Source of the DNA: Candidatus Thalassarchaeaceae archaeon
GTDB taxonomy: Archaea > Thermoplasmatota > Poseidoniia > Poseidoniales > Thalassarchaeaceae
Assembly: GCA_045568075.1 (NCBI GenBank)
Contig: JBJLBP010000001.1
Coordinates: 377,232 to 441,231, forward strand
Reading direction: 5' to 3'
DNA length: 64,000 nt
Position 1 is the first letter of the stretch, and each line of letters begins with the position of its first letter. The notes beneath the pieces were generated by a model. It had not been told where the DNA came from. It was given only the letters and a program-made list of their open reading frames with translations, and did not search any database. Below, piece by piece: positions 55,994 to 64,000 of the stretch. The position numbers and the translations under genes were made by a program.

Positions 55994-56494
55994 ATGGAGT
56001 GGAGTGTTGGAGAATCAAGCGAGCGGTACACCGCCAAGCTAACCGATACTGAGGGGACACTAACACTCACTGGATTCACGAGTGAAGGAGTCGAGCAGAC
56101 GCACAGCGAAATCTCAGTCGCACGCGATAACCAACCAGGCCGTCTGCTCGTCGAAGTAAACGGACAAGCACAATTTGCCCATGTCGCCAAGGTCGGCGAC
56201 TCATGGTGGATTCACCTCGACGGCCGCATCCACGTCATCAATGGCCACGAAACAGGTAGTGCAGATTCGGATGCAGGAGAGGGTGGTCTGACTGCACCAA
56301 TGCCGGGGACTATCCTCGAAGTTCAGGTTAATGAGGGCCAACGAGTTCGCGAAGGACAGACACTGCTGGTGATGGAGGCGATGAAGATGGAACATCGTAT
56401 TCAGGCTCCGAGGGCCGGGGAAGTCATCGCAGTAAATTTCGCTATTGGTGATCGTGTAGATATGGGCGATACACTTGTAGAACTTGGAGAATGA
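55994..56494 (+). CDS. Biotin carboxyl carrier protein (separate small subunit).
   Basis: C-terminal biotinyl domain with EAMKMEH (biotin attachment Lys) and the hammerhead-like region. Confidence 0.85.
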   Translation: MEWSVGESSERYTAKLTDTEGTLTLTGFTSEGVEQTHSEISVARDNQPGRLLVEVNGQAQFAHVAKVGDSWWIHLDGRIHVINGHETGSADSDAGEGGLTAPMPGTILEVQVNEGQRVREGQTLLVMEAMKMEHRIQAPRAGEVIAVNFAIGDRVDMGDTLVELGE

Positions 56495-56506
56495 TTTGGT
56501 GTTTCT

Positions 56507-57061
56507 ATGGATTTGACTCGCGACTATCTTCGACTGTTTACAGGAATATTTGGCCTATTGGTCCTTCTTTCGTATGTTTACGGAGTTAGCCGAGCCAATG
56601 ATCCTCAATCACTCTGGGGGGGAATTCCTCTATCTTGGCAAAGTAAAATTATTCCATTCATGTTTATCGCAGCAATCGGATATCTACTCTATTGGTGGGT
56701 TATTCTTTTTCAATTAGAAACCACTTCATTGGAAAATATGCATTGGCCATGGTCTGAATCAGATGGTTCAGGATTGCAACTTTTGTTCATTACTAATGCA
56801 TTGGTACTAATCCCTTCGGCTCTATGGTTGGAAAGCACGATTTTTCACATGAATAATCAGTATTCTTGGACTCCAATATTAGTTGTAGGAGTTCTATTTC
56901 TAGTGTCATTAGGAAATTTCCTTATGGGCGCTCTTGCTTATTCCGCTTACCAAGATTCCATTGATGGTTCAGGGCTATTGTTGGCTGGTAGTTTGATGCT
57001 TGCAATCCAATGTATTCTATTCGATTTCATAGTTTGGTCAGTAAAATTCCCATGGAACTGA
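56507..57061 (+). CDS. Hypothetical 5-TM membrane protein in an AT-rich islet.
   Basis: Strongly hydrophobic; markedly lower GC than the flanks. Confidence 0.4.
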   Translation: MDLTRDYLRLFTGIFGLLVLLSYVYGVSRANDPQSLWGGIPLSWQSKIIPFMFIAAIGYLLYWWVILFQLETTSLENMHWPWSESDGSGLQLLFITNALVLIPSALWLESTIFHMNNQYSWTPILVVGVLFLVSLGNFLMGALAYSAYQDSIDGSGLLLAGSLMLAIQCILFDFIVWSVKFPWN

Positions 57062-57156
57062 GGACGGGAAAAATCGTTTGGATTTTTCCATTTTTCATAG
57101 TTTAATGTTGATTATGACGGCATCGGATTCAATAATGACCGATTCGTGGGTTTACT

Positions 57157-57741
57157 GTGAACGAATTCGACGTCATAATTGCCTTGAGCATGGGATTAGG
57201 ACTAGCTGCTGCCTCTGGATTCCGAGTTTTCCTCCCTCCATTCTTGCTCTCTATAGCCGTCCGCGCCGATGCAGTTGACGTGAATTTGATGGATACTCCC
57301 TTCGAGTACTTCGACTCCAATGTGGCTGTAATTCTGCTTGGAGTCGCGACTGTGGCTGAATTTGCAGGGTATTACGTCCCATGGGTAGATAATCTGCTAG
57401 ATTCTATTGCGAGCCCTGCAGCGGTCGTTGCTGGGTCTGGCATGACCGCGCTTGTTCTTGAAGGCAATACAGATCCGGTGATTCAGTGGTCACTGGCTAT
57501 CATCGCTGGCGGCGGTGTTACCGCTATTGTGCAGGGAGCGACCGTTGTCACTCGAGGGATTTCGACTACGCTCACTGCAGGTTTTGCGAATCCCATCGTC
57601 TCTACAGGTGAGAACTTAGCGAGTGTGATTTTGGCACTCATCGCGATGGTTCTACCAATTTTAGCTGCGGTTATAGTAGCCGTGCTAATCGGAGTGATTG
57701 TTCTCAAGGCAAGTCAGAAGGTCGCCCCTTCGTCCGCTTAA
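57157..57741 (+). CDS. Membrane protein, DUF4126-like.
   Basis: Gly/Ala-rich TM helices, FRVFLPPFLL motif. Confidence 0.45.
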   Translation: MNEFDVIIALSMGLGLAAASGFRVFLPPFLLSIAVRADAVDVNLMDTPFEYFDSNVAVILLGVATVAEFAGYYVPWVDNLLDSIASPAAVVAGSGMTALVLEGNTDPVIQWSLAIIAGGGVTAIVQGATVVTRGISTTLTAGFANPIVSTGENLASVILALIAMVLPILAAVIVAVLIGVIVLKASQKVAPSSA

Positions 57742-57756
57742 ACGAACTCAATTGGT

Positions 57757-59037
57757 TCAGGACAGTGGCTCGAGAGTCTTCTGGCCGCCTAGGAATGGGA
57801 TGAGGACATCTGGGACTCGGACCATTCCGTCCTCATTCTGATATTGTTCCATAATGGCGACCAGCGCACGACTGGTTGCAATGGCGGTCGAATTCAGCGT
57901 GTGGACCGCCGAATTACCTTCTGTAGTGCGGTAGCGCATGCGGAGGCGATTTGCTTGATAATCGGTGCAATTTGAGCAGGATACGACTTCTTTGTAGGCG
58001 CCAGCACCGGGAAGCCATGCTTCGAGGTCGTACTTTTTCGAGGCGACAGTTCCCATATCACCTGTACAGATATTGACGACTCGGTAGTGTAGCCCGAGAC
58101 TATCCCAAAGGTCGACGGCATTGGTTAGCAATTCCTCGTGATGAGTCCAGGAATCCTCGGGCTTACAGATGACGATCTGTTCGATCTTAGTGAATTGGTG
58201 GACTCGCCAGATACCTCGGTCGGACAAACCGTGGGCACCGACCTCGCGTCGAAAGCAGGGTGAAACTCCAACTAATTTGATCGGCAGTTCGGCCGGCTCG
58301 ATGATTTCGTCCATCCTCATTGCAGTGAGTGGGTGTTCGCTGGTGGCGATGAGGTAGTACTTGTCCGGCTCGATGCCGTACATGACCGTCTCAAAATCGG
58401 CGAGATCCGTGACACCCTCGTAGGCCTCCCGATTCATCATCAATGGAGGATGGACGAGGGTGTAGCCGCGTTCCATTAGGAAGTTCGCCGTGTAATTCTG
58501 CAAGGCCATCTCAAGACGCGCGAGGTCGCCTTGTAGGAAGTAGAAGCGAGAACCTGCTACCTTTGCTCCGCGCGCGAGGTCGACCCAGCCATTTGCTTCG
58601 ATTAGATCGTTATGCGTGCGCGCCTCGAAGCCCAACTCCACCTTTTCGCCATGCAAACTGTGGAGTGTATTCTTCTGGTCATCCTCACCAACCGGCACCG
58701 AATCGTGTAACACATTCGGGACACGCATCCGAGCAGCATCGCGCTCGGCCAAGCAAGAATCAACGCGTTCGCCGAGCGCATCAATCTGCGCACCCAAGTC
58801 GGACACCTCTGCGAGAATCGCGTCCGCGGTCGCTGAATCGCCTGATTTCTTGGCTACCGCAATTCCACGCGCAGCCTCATTTCGCTTCTTTCTCAATTGG
58901 TCAGCATCGTATCTTGTCTGACGCCATTCTTCATCGAGGCGGATTACCGCATCGATGTGTTCGTGAGGCAAGTCACGCTTGTCATGGTCAGCCCTCAGCA
59001 CATCCGCGTGCTCTCGGAACATGGTCATGTCAAGCAT
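57757..59037 (-). CDS. serS: Seryl-tRNA synthetase.
   Basis: N-terminal coiled-coil arm plus class II core with the motif 2 and motif 3 regions. Confidence 0.9.
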   Translation of the reverse strand: MLDMTMFREHADVLRADHDKRDLPHEHIDAVIRLDEEWRQTRYDADQLRKKRNEAARGIAVAKKSGDSATADAILAEVSDLGAQIDALGERVDSCLAERDAARMRVPNVLHDSVPVGEDDQKNTLHSLHGEKVELGFEARTHNDLIEANGWVDLARGAKVAGSRFYFLQGDLARLEMALQNYTANFLMERGYTLVHPPLMMNREAYEGVTDLADFETVMYGIEPDKYYLIATSEHPLTAMRMDEIIEPAELPIKLVGVSPCFRREVGAHGLSDRGIWRVHQFTKIEQIVICKPEDSWTHHEELLTNAVDLWDSLGLHYRVVNICTGDMGTVASKKYDLEAWLPGAGAYKEVVSCSNCTDYQANRLRMRYRTTEGNSAVHTLNSTAIATSRALVAIMEQYQNEDGMVRVPDVLIPFLGGQKTLEPLS

Positions 59038-59128
59038 GGCGACCGAAGTGAAGGGTCAGCCCTCCTGCCTTCAATGAATCGGGGAATACCGGCCCGAGCC
59101 CCGTTGAAAGGAGCCAGAGAGCGAAGCC

Positions 59129-60196
59129 TCACAGGAATGTAATCGCCTGGAATAGTGGTCCGATATCGTATGCGTAGATGCCGCTCACAAGATATCCAAG
59201 AATTGCTCCACCATTCAGTAGTGGCAAACCCGGCTGTGGCTTACCTTGTGCGACGAAATACATCAGAGCGACATAACCGACCAAACCGCCAATCAAAGTC
59301 CCAATACCGACCACCAATTGAGCGAGGTGAATTTCACCGAAGGCATTCCACACCTCGGGCCCCCATTCTGGCAGGAAGGAGAGCGCTGAAATCACCAGCA
59401 TACCAGGGAAAATGACGTCTCCAAGACCCATGAAAAGTGCATCTCGACTCTTTTTCTTCGGTCGAAGCCTTTCGGCTTCGTCGACCATTTCAGCCTCCAT
59501 CACACCATCATAGCCGGGTGGAGGAGGTGCCATCTCGCCCGCATTACTTGAATCGCGCATGATATCGCCTTCTTGGTCGAGGAAGGAGTAGCCCTTTTCC
59601 TTCGGTGAAACCAGTAAAACCGGTAATTTGAGCCCAATCATCGTGTCAGCTAGTTCCAGCATGTGTTTGCTCTTGTGAACGGCCCAGTAATCGTAAATCG
59701 CCGCTAACAACATGAAGATAATCACCAAAGTTGGAACGAATGAAATTCCGATCATCACGATGACTCCGGCCCCAACCATCACACCGACGCTATTGACCAC
59801 ATACCACTCTGGGTAACGGTGCAAGGCAACCATGCCAGCGATTGTAATTACTAGAGCGCTGAGGCCGACACTCGCGGGTGTTGCGAAGCCAGCCAGATAG
59901 AGGATGATGAGAGTGAATGGCTGGAGGGCGTAGAATAGACTGAGACCGAGTGCAAGCATGACGATTCCTTTGATCAGTGCGTCTAGTCCCTTGCGCGCGA
60001 GCCATATGATTGCGACTGTGAAGACGCCAATCAACACCAATTCTAAGAGAATGAAACCGGATTTCGTCGTGCCTTCTTCACCAAAAGCGCGGGCCTCGGG
60101 AATATCGTAAAGTGGCTGGATGAACATACCGATTCCGATGGTCCCAATGAACATCGCAGCCATACCAGCCATGGACTCCCATTGATCAATCATCAT
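59129..60196 (-). CDS. Presenilin/signal-peptide-peptidase family intramembrane aspartyl protease (PSH-like).
   Basis: Multi-TM; YD motif (AAIYDYWAV) and GLGD motif (LFMGLGDVIFPG) in adjacent TM helices. The start is taken at MMIDQW (ATGATG rc at 60191-60196); the upstream 110 codons of the ORF are an Arg/Ser-rich antisense read of folC. Confidence 0.55.
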   Translation of the reverse strand: MMIDQWESMAGMAAMFIGTIGIGMFIQPLYDIPEARAFGEEGTTKSGFILLELVLIGVFTVAIIWLARKGLDALIKGIVMLALGLSLFYALQPFTLIILYLAGFATPASVGLSALVITIAGMVALHRYPEWYVVNSVGVMVGAGVIVMIGISFVPTLVIIFMLLAAIYDYWAVHKSKHMLELADTMIGLKLPVLLVSPKEKGYSFLDQEGDIMRDSSNAGEMAPPPPGYDGVMEAEMVDEAERLRPKKKSRDALFMGLGDVIFPGMLVISALSFLPEWGPEVWNAFGEIHLAQLVVGIGTLIGGLVGYVALMYFVAQGKPQPGLPLLNGGAILGYLVSGIYAYDIGPLFQAITFL

Positions 60197-60302
60197 GTCG
60201 ATGACACTTTCACTTTCTGCGGACACACCCTCCACGAACTTCAAGGACCATATCACATTGACCCGTTCCCGCACTGCTGTAACCGACGGCTCAGGTGAGA
60301 CT

Positions 60303-61511
60303 ATGAATGCACGAGAATGGCTCGACGACCTCCGATTCGCAGGTATGAGGCTAGGCCTTGAGCGGGCCGAGGAGCTACTAGAGCGCCTCGGGAACCCACA
60401 GCTTGAATTTCCTTCAATCCACGTCGCTGGATCTAATGGAAAAGGGTCGCTCTGCGTCCAACTTTCGGCCAACGCAGCGGCTTCTGGCCTATGCGTTGGC
60501 TTGTTCACAACACCACACCTCGTCATGGTCGAAGAGCGAATAAGAGTCGACGGTCGACCGATAGACTCGGCTGACTTCGACAGACATGTCGAGGCGATTA
60601 AGGCAGCGGCGAATGAAGGAGATCTTCTCGAACCGACATTCTACGAGGTTACTTTCATCGCCGCCATGCTGCATTTTGCCGAAGCCGGCATTGAGCGCGC
60701 CATCATTGAGACGGGACTCGGTGGACGAGGCGATGCAACTTGCCTCGTCGATGCCGATCTATGTATCATCACGACGATTTCACTAGATCACACCGAGGTG
60801 CTCGGAGAGACCCTGTCCGAAATCGCTCGTGAGAAAGCCGGCATTTATCGCCCCGGCGTACCGCTCATCGCTCTTGAGTCGGACGACCCAGAAGTAGCCG
60901 CTATCATCTCCGAGATTGCGGGCGATGATTTCTACATACATCAGAAGGACCCATACGAATCACCTTGGGAAACTTGGCGAGAATTATCCATCATGGTTTC
61001 CTTATTGATGAATTGGGGCCCTAACCAAGCTGAGTGCAGATGGCCGGGGCGTTCACCAGGATGGAAACCAACCAATATGCAATATGATGTAAAATTCAGT
61101 GCGGCCCACAATGACGAGGGTTTTGACGCGGAATTATCTCGAATCGAAGAACCATGCGTCTTCCTCATCGGGATGTCGCAAAAGGACGATATCCTGCAAG
61201 CGACGTCATCCTTAGCTTCGGAATTATACCATTCTCCAACTTTCCGTCATATCGTCGTGAGTAAGCCGACGTCGGGTCGTTTACCCGCCATCGAACCTGC
61301 TGAGCTTGCTGATACAATTTGCTCAAATAGGCTCGACCCCCCTCTCCTAATCGACAACCCAATTCAGGCCTTTGAGTGGGCACAAATAATGGCCCGACAA
61401 GCCGGGGTACAGTTGGTCGTGATGGGTAGCATTTACCTCATCGGAGATATCCTCAAGCATTGGTGTGAGAACAATGGACTCGACCTTCGTGATGAGTTGA
61501 GCGTTCATTGA
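60303..61511 (+). CDS. folC: Folylpolyglutamate synthase / dihydrofolate synthase family (Mur-ligase fold).
   Basis: LGNPQLEFPSIHVAGSNGKGS P-loop region typical of FolC. The ORF opens at 60195; ATG 60303 (MNAREW) fits the family N-terminus. Confidence 0.75.
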   Translation: MNAREWLDDLRFAGMRLGLERAEELLERLGNPQLEFPSIHVAGSNGKGSLCVQLSANAAASGLCVGLFTTPHLVMVEERIRVDGRPIDSADFDRHVEAIKAAANEGDLLEPTFYEVTFIAAMLHFAEAGIERAIIETGLGGRGDATCLVDADLCIITTISLDHTEVLGETLSEIAREKAGIYRPGVPLIALESDDPEVAAIISEIAGDDFYIHQKDPYESPWETWRELSIMVSLLMNWGPNQAECRWPGRSPGWKPTNMQYDVKFSAAHNDEGFDAELSRIEEPCVFLIGMSQKDDILQATSSLASELYHSPTFRHIVVSKPTSGRLPAIEPAELADTICSNRLDPPLLIDNPIQAFEWAQIMARQAGVQLVVMGSIYLIGDILKHWCENNGLDLRDELSVH

Positions 61512-61870
61512 GAGTCAAAAGGGATGACCCACTTCGGGTGCTGCGCATGACCTCCAACAGCGACGACAAGGTGGAAGTGAAAGTCACCGTCGAGTCGAAA
61601 GACACGAGCTCGAAAGTCATCCTAATCCTACTCATCTTGGTCCTTTCCGGATTGATGATTGCTGTGATGATGAAAGGCGGCCCTGAAGCGCTCTTGTCCG
61701 ATGTCAATCGCGGAGTAGGTAACTGTGGCGACGGAGTCGACAATGACAAAGGTGGCCAGGCCGACCGAGACGATCCTGATTGCTACAAGAATCCAGAAGT
61801 CTGGGATGGCTATGACCCGAACCGCTCTGAGGCGAATCGAGATAACGACCCGCCGGGTGGTCGACCCTGA
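61508..61870 (+). CDS. Small membrane-anchored protein with a Cys/Asp-rich calcium-binding-like motif.
   Basis: One TM helix (ILILLILVLSGLMIAVMM), then GNCGDGVDNDKGGQADRDDPDC. Confidence 0.35.
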   Translation: MRVKRDDPLRVLRMTSNSDDKVEVKVTVESKDTSSKVILILLILVLSGLMIAVMMKGGPEALLSDVNRGVGNCGDGVDNDKGGQADRDDPDCYKNPEVWDGYDPNRSEANRDNDPPGGRP

Positions 61871-61879
61871 GGTGAAGTC

Positions 61880-62317
61880 ATGAGTACGAAATGGGATACA
61901 CGATTTCTTGGTCTCGCCAAGCACATTTCGGGTTGGTCAAAGGATCCCTCGACCAAGGTCGGATGCGTCGTAGTTGGCGAGGACCGCGAGGTGCGCTCAA
62001 CAGGATTCAACGGATTCCCGCGTGGAATCGAGGATACGGCGGAGCGACTGAACAATCGTGAGATGAAGTATCCTATGATTTGCCACGCCGAGGAGAATGC
62101 CATCATGCACGCGGCACGGATTGGTATCTCTCTGAAGGGCTGCACTGCGTACGTCACTTGGCCACCTTGCTCGCGTTGTGCTCGCTCACTGATACAAGCC
62201 GGAGTCCTCGAAGTCGTCTATCCGGCTGATTCAGAAATCCCCGATCGCTGGCAGGAAGATTTTGAGATCGCCACAAGTATGTTCAATGAATCAGGCGTAT
62301 CCTATCGCTCAGCCTGA
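61880..62317 (+). CDS. dCMP deaminase (cytidine/deoxycytidylate deaminase family, zinc-dependent).
   Basis: HAEENAI (HxE) and the PCSRCARSLIQAGV (PCxxC) zinc-binding motifs. Confidence 0.8.
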   Translation: MSTKWDTRFLGLAKHISGWSKDPSTKVGCVVVGEDREVRSTGFNGFPRGIEDTAERLNNREMKYPMICHAEENAIMHAARIGISLKGCTAYVTWPPCSRCARSLIQAGVLEVVYPADSEIPDRWQEDFEIATSMFNESGVSYRSA

Positions 62318-62926
62318 TTACTCAGATAAGAGAACCCAGAGTTCCTCGAGATCAGAGTGTAACTCCTCTAAACTTCCATCGTTCACCAAAATTAGGTCCG
62401 CCAGTGCTGCGGTTGCGTTCAGAGCCTGTCCTGATTCATCCTTGGCAACCGCCTCTACCTCTTCATTAGCGAAGAAGGTCTCTTTGTCAGAAATATCACC
62501 AGTTCTTGCACGGGATTGTGCTCTTTGCCAGCGTGCTTCCATTCCCGCTCGAACCTCGATTAGAATGAAATCCTCACGCTGTCGTAGGGCTTTGACTTCA
62601 CCTGGTGTACGAATTGAATCGATGACAGCATTCTCTCCGTCTATTCTCTCGAGTAACATTTCGGCGAGGATGCCAGTTCCACCAACTCGGCGTAATTCAT
62701 TACCGCCCTCGATTAAGTTCTCTCGAGATTCTTCGATTCCTTTCTCTTTGAGATGAGCACGAATAGAATCAGAGCAGGATTCGCTGCTCAATCCTTTGGA
62801 AACAAGCCAAGCCACAACTGTAGATTTACCCGAGGCATAGCGGCCGGTCAGACCTATCAGCACACCCCTCCGATAGGTTGGCGTTCCATATCGGTTTCTA
62901 ACTCCAATAACGGCGTGTTCTGGCAT
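62318..62926 (-). CDS. P-loop nucleotide/nucleoside kinase, dephospho-CoA-kinase-like.
   Basis: Walker A VLIGLTGRYASGKST, then a DPCK-like lid region. The ORF is open to 63016 but overlaps the helicase gene there, so the start was set at MPEH. Confidence 0.5.
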   Translation of the reverse strand: MPEHAVIGVRNRYGTPTYRRGVLIGLTGRYASGKSTVVAWLVSKGLSSESCSDSIRAHLKEKGIEESRENLIEGGNELRRVGGTGILAEMLLERIDGENAVIDSIRTPGEVKALRQREDFILIEVRAGMEARWQRAQSRARTGDISDKETFFANEEVEAVAKDESGQALNATAALADLILVNDGSLEELHSDLEELWVLLSE

Positions 62927-64000
62927 ATTGCAGCTCAGCGTTGTGTATGGCTCGCAGCAACTTGACTCGGTTACCTCGGGTATGACCTCGCAAGAGCCTC
63001 GTTGCGGTTTCCTCACCCACTCCTCTGCCCATCAAGGCCAACACAGCATCGTGGCCATGGGTTCGGATGAGTTCTGCATTCTTTTTCATGCGTGCGCGCT
63101 CTTTGGGGTCTTCGCTGGCAACCCAGCCAGCGAGCATGGATTCCATGCGTTCTGGTGCGCACGCTCGCATCGTGCCGCTGCACTTTGGGCACGGCTCGAT
63201 ACGGTCCTCCATTCTCCCGACGCGCTTGTGCGTCTTGTCTTGACAATTGAGACAGATAAGCACTGCTCGCTCTGCTACAAGTCGTGTTTCTAGACGCTCG
63301 CGAAGCTGTGCGTCAGACCAGGCAGGTAGAAGCAGATCACGCTCGGACTTTGGTGAGAGGCCGAGCGGTCCGCTAGCTGTGTGAATAACCTCGACCTTGC
63401 CTGATTGAATTTCGCGGATGAGATCCATCGTACCTTCGATGTCCATCCGTTCATGGAAGAGTTTTGACAGCGCTTCCTCGACCACTGGCGTTCCTCGGTA
63501 GCGCTGCATCAGACCCTGCAGATTTACCCGTCGAGGGTCGACTGCCTTCTCCAGAACACCCATTTTTCGGGCGACTTGAACGATACGCCAGCGCAAGGCA
63601 CGACCGTTGGGGATTGTCATCCGTAGAATAGTTTCGAGGGCTTCTGGAGAGGTCTCAGTGAGCCATTCGATGACGTGACCAACTGTGGTTCCTGGGACTT
63701 GGAAGGCGATGCGATAGGGGTCGATCAGTGTCGTTCCCATCTTACCTTCACGCATCGATCCCATTGCTTGTATGAAATGCGCAAGGGTCTCGTTGATTCT
63801 ACTTCCTCGGCAGGTATTCAACACGATTGCTTTCTCTCGCATCTCGACGGTCAGCGTGGTATCGGTGGGTAGGTATTCTGTGGCGTCGAGATGCTGAGCG
63901 ACTGTGTTGAGCAGGTCTGTTCGCGCTTCGTTTGAAAGAGGGTATTCATCGTAGTCGAGATCTTTGGGTTGTGCCTCCAGCGCACCTATTGCAACCGCTG
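62898..64000 (-). CDS. C-terminal part of a large Lhr-type superfamily-2 helicase; the 5' end lies beyond the window.
   Basis: The reading frame is open through 64000 (upstream translation ...TDLLNTVAQHLDATEYLPTDTTLTVE continues without a stop). The C-terminal region has a CxxC...CxxC zinc element (LICLNCQD...CPKCSG), as in Lhr C-terminal domains. Confidence 0.6.
   Translation of the reverse strand, partial: AVAIGALEAQPKDLDYDEYPLSNEARTDLLNTVAQHLDATEYLPTDTTLTVEMREKAIVLNTCRGSRINETLAHFIQAMGSMREGKMGTTLIDPYRIAFQVPGTTVGHVIEWLTETSPEALETILRMTIPNGRALRWRIVQVARKMGVLEKAVDPRRVNLQGLMQRYRGTPVVEEALSKLFHERMDIEGTMDLIREIQSGKVEVIHTASGPLGLSPKSERDLLLPAWSDAQLRERLETRLVAERAVLICLNCQDKTHKRVGRMEDRIEPCPKCSGTMRACAPERMESMLAGWVASEDPKERARMKKNAELIRTHGHDAVLALMGRGVGEETATRLLRGHTRGNRVKLLRAIHNAELQYARTRRYWS

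Noticed and set aside
60197-60526. N-terminal 110-aa extension of the presenilin-like ORF, and its counterpart the first 36 codons of the folC ORF
   Set aside because: Arg/Ser-rich antisense translation of the opposing gene; conserved N-termini, start codons and family lengths support the shorter models.
1-64000. CRISPR arrays, rRNA genes, transposases/integrases, restriction-modification or other canonical defence genes
   Set aside because: No regularly spaced direct repeats, rRNA-like conserved stretches, DDE/tyrosine-recombinase-like ORFs or methyltransferase motifs were seen on either strand.

Overview
This is a GC-rich archaeal chromosomal window. It contains L15e, aIF-1A, Rio1, a Dim2-like KH protein, an FtsZ-type tubulin, an intron-containing tRNA with encoded CCA, a PGF-CTERM protein, and a presenilin-type protease. 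An 11-subunit nuoABCDHIJ1J2KLMN operon lacks NuoEFG, and many of its starts carry GGAGGTGA-type Shine-Dalgarno sites. The backbone is mostly housekeeping: pgk, phosphohexomutase, RidA, NUDIX, uppS, a dPGM-type mutase, MscS, hisS, serS, folC, dCMP deaminase, an Lhr helicase 3' part running off the window end, and a four-gene biotin-dependent acyl-CoA carboxylase/crotonase cluster that looks like the leucine-catabolic MCC module. A secreted M14 carboxypeptidase is translationally coupled to a Na+-dependent NSS transporter. Several short AT-rich islets carry small membrane proteins and one PGF-CTERM protein. The most striking region is a co-directional five-gene block at about 20.4-35.4 kb, immediately upstream of nuoA, with tight spacing and one overlap. 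It encodes very large signal-peptide proteins: an 865-aa Ig-like protein, a 1455-aa giant with no recognisable domain, a 190-aa bitopic protein, a 1506-aa S8 subtilase with many CARDB-like repeats, and an 894-aa protein of about eight CARDB-like repeats. The Ig-like protein and the subtilase end in a transmembrane helix, a disordered linker and a C-terminal Cys4 zinc ribbon that should sit in the cytoplasm. I propose this as a candidate, undescribed envelope proteolysis/adhesion module whose zinc-ribbon tails give it a cytoplasmic handle. Two further sequence-level observations stand out. A tRNA-Tyr(GTA) gene with a 27-nt intron has an 18+5-nt direct repeat of its 3' end 1.9 kb downstream, bracketing a lower-GC TPR gene, which is the footprint of an integrated element. 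A family of GC-stem/UAY-triloop intergenic hairpins includes one that pairs the Shine-Dalgarno site of the giant gene with a CACCTC copy of the 16S rRNA 3' end.
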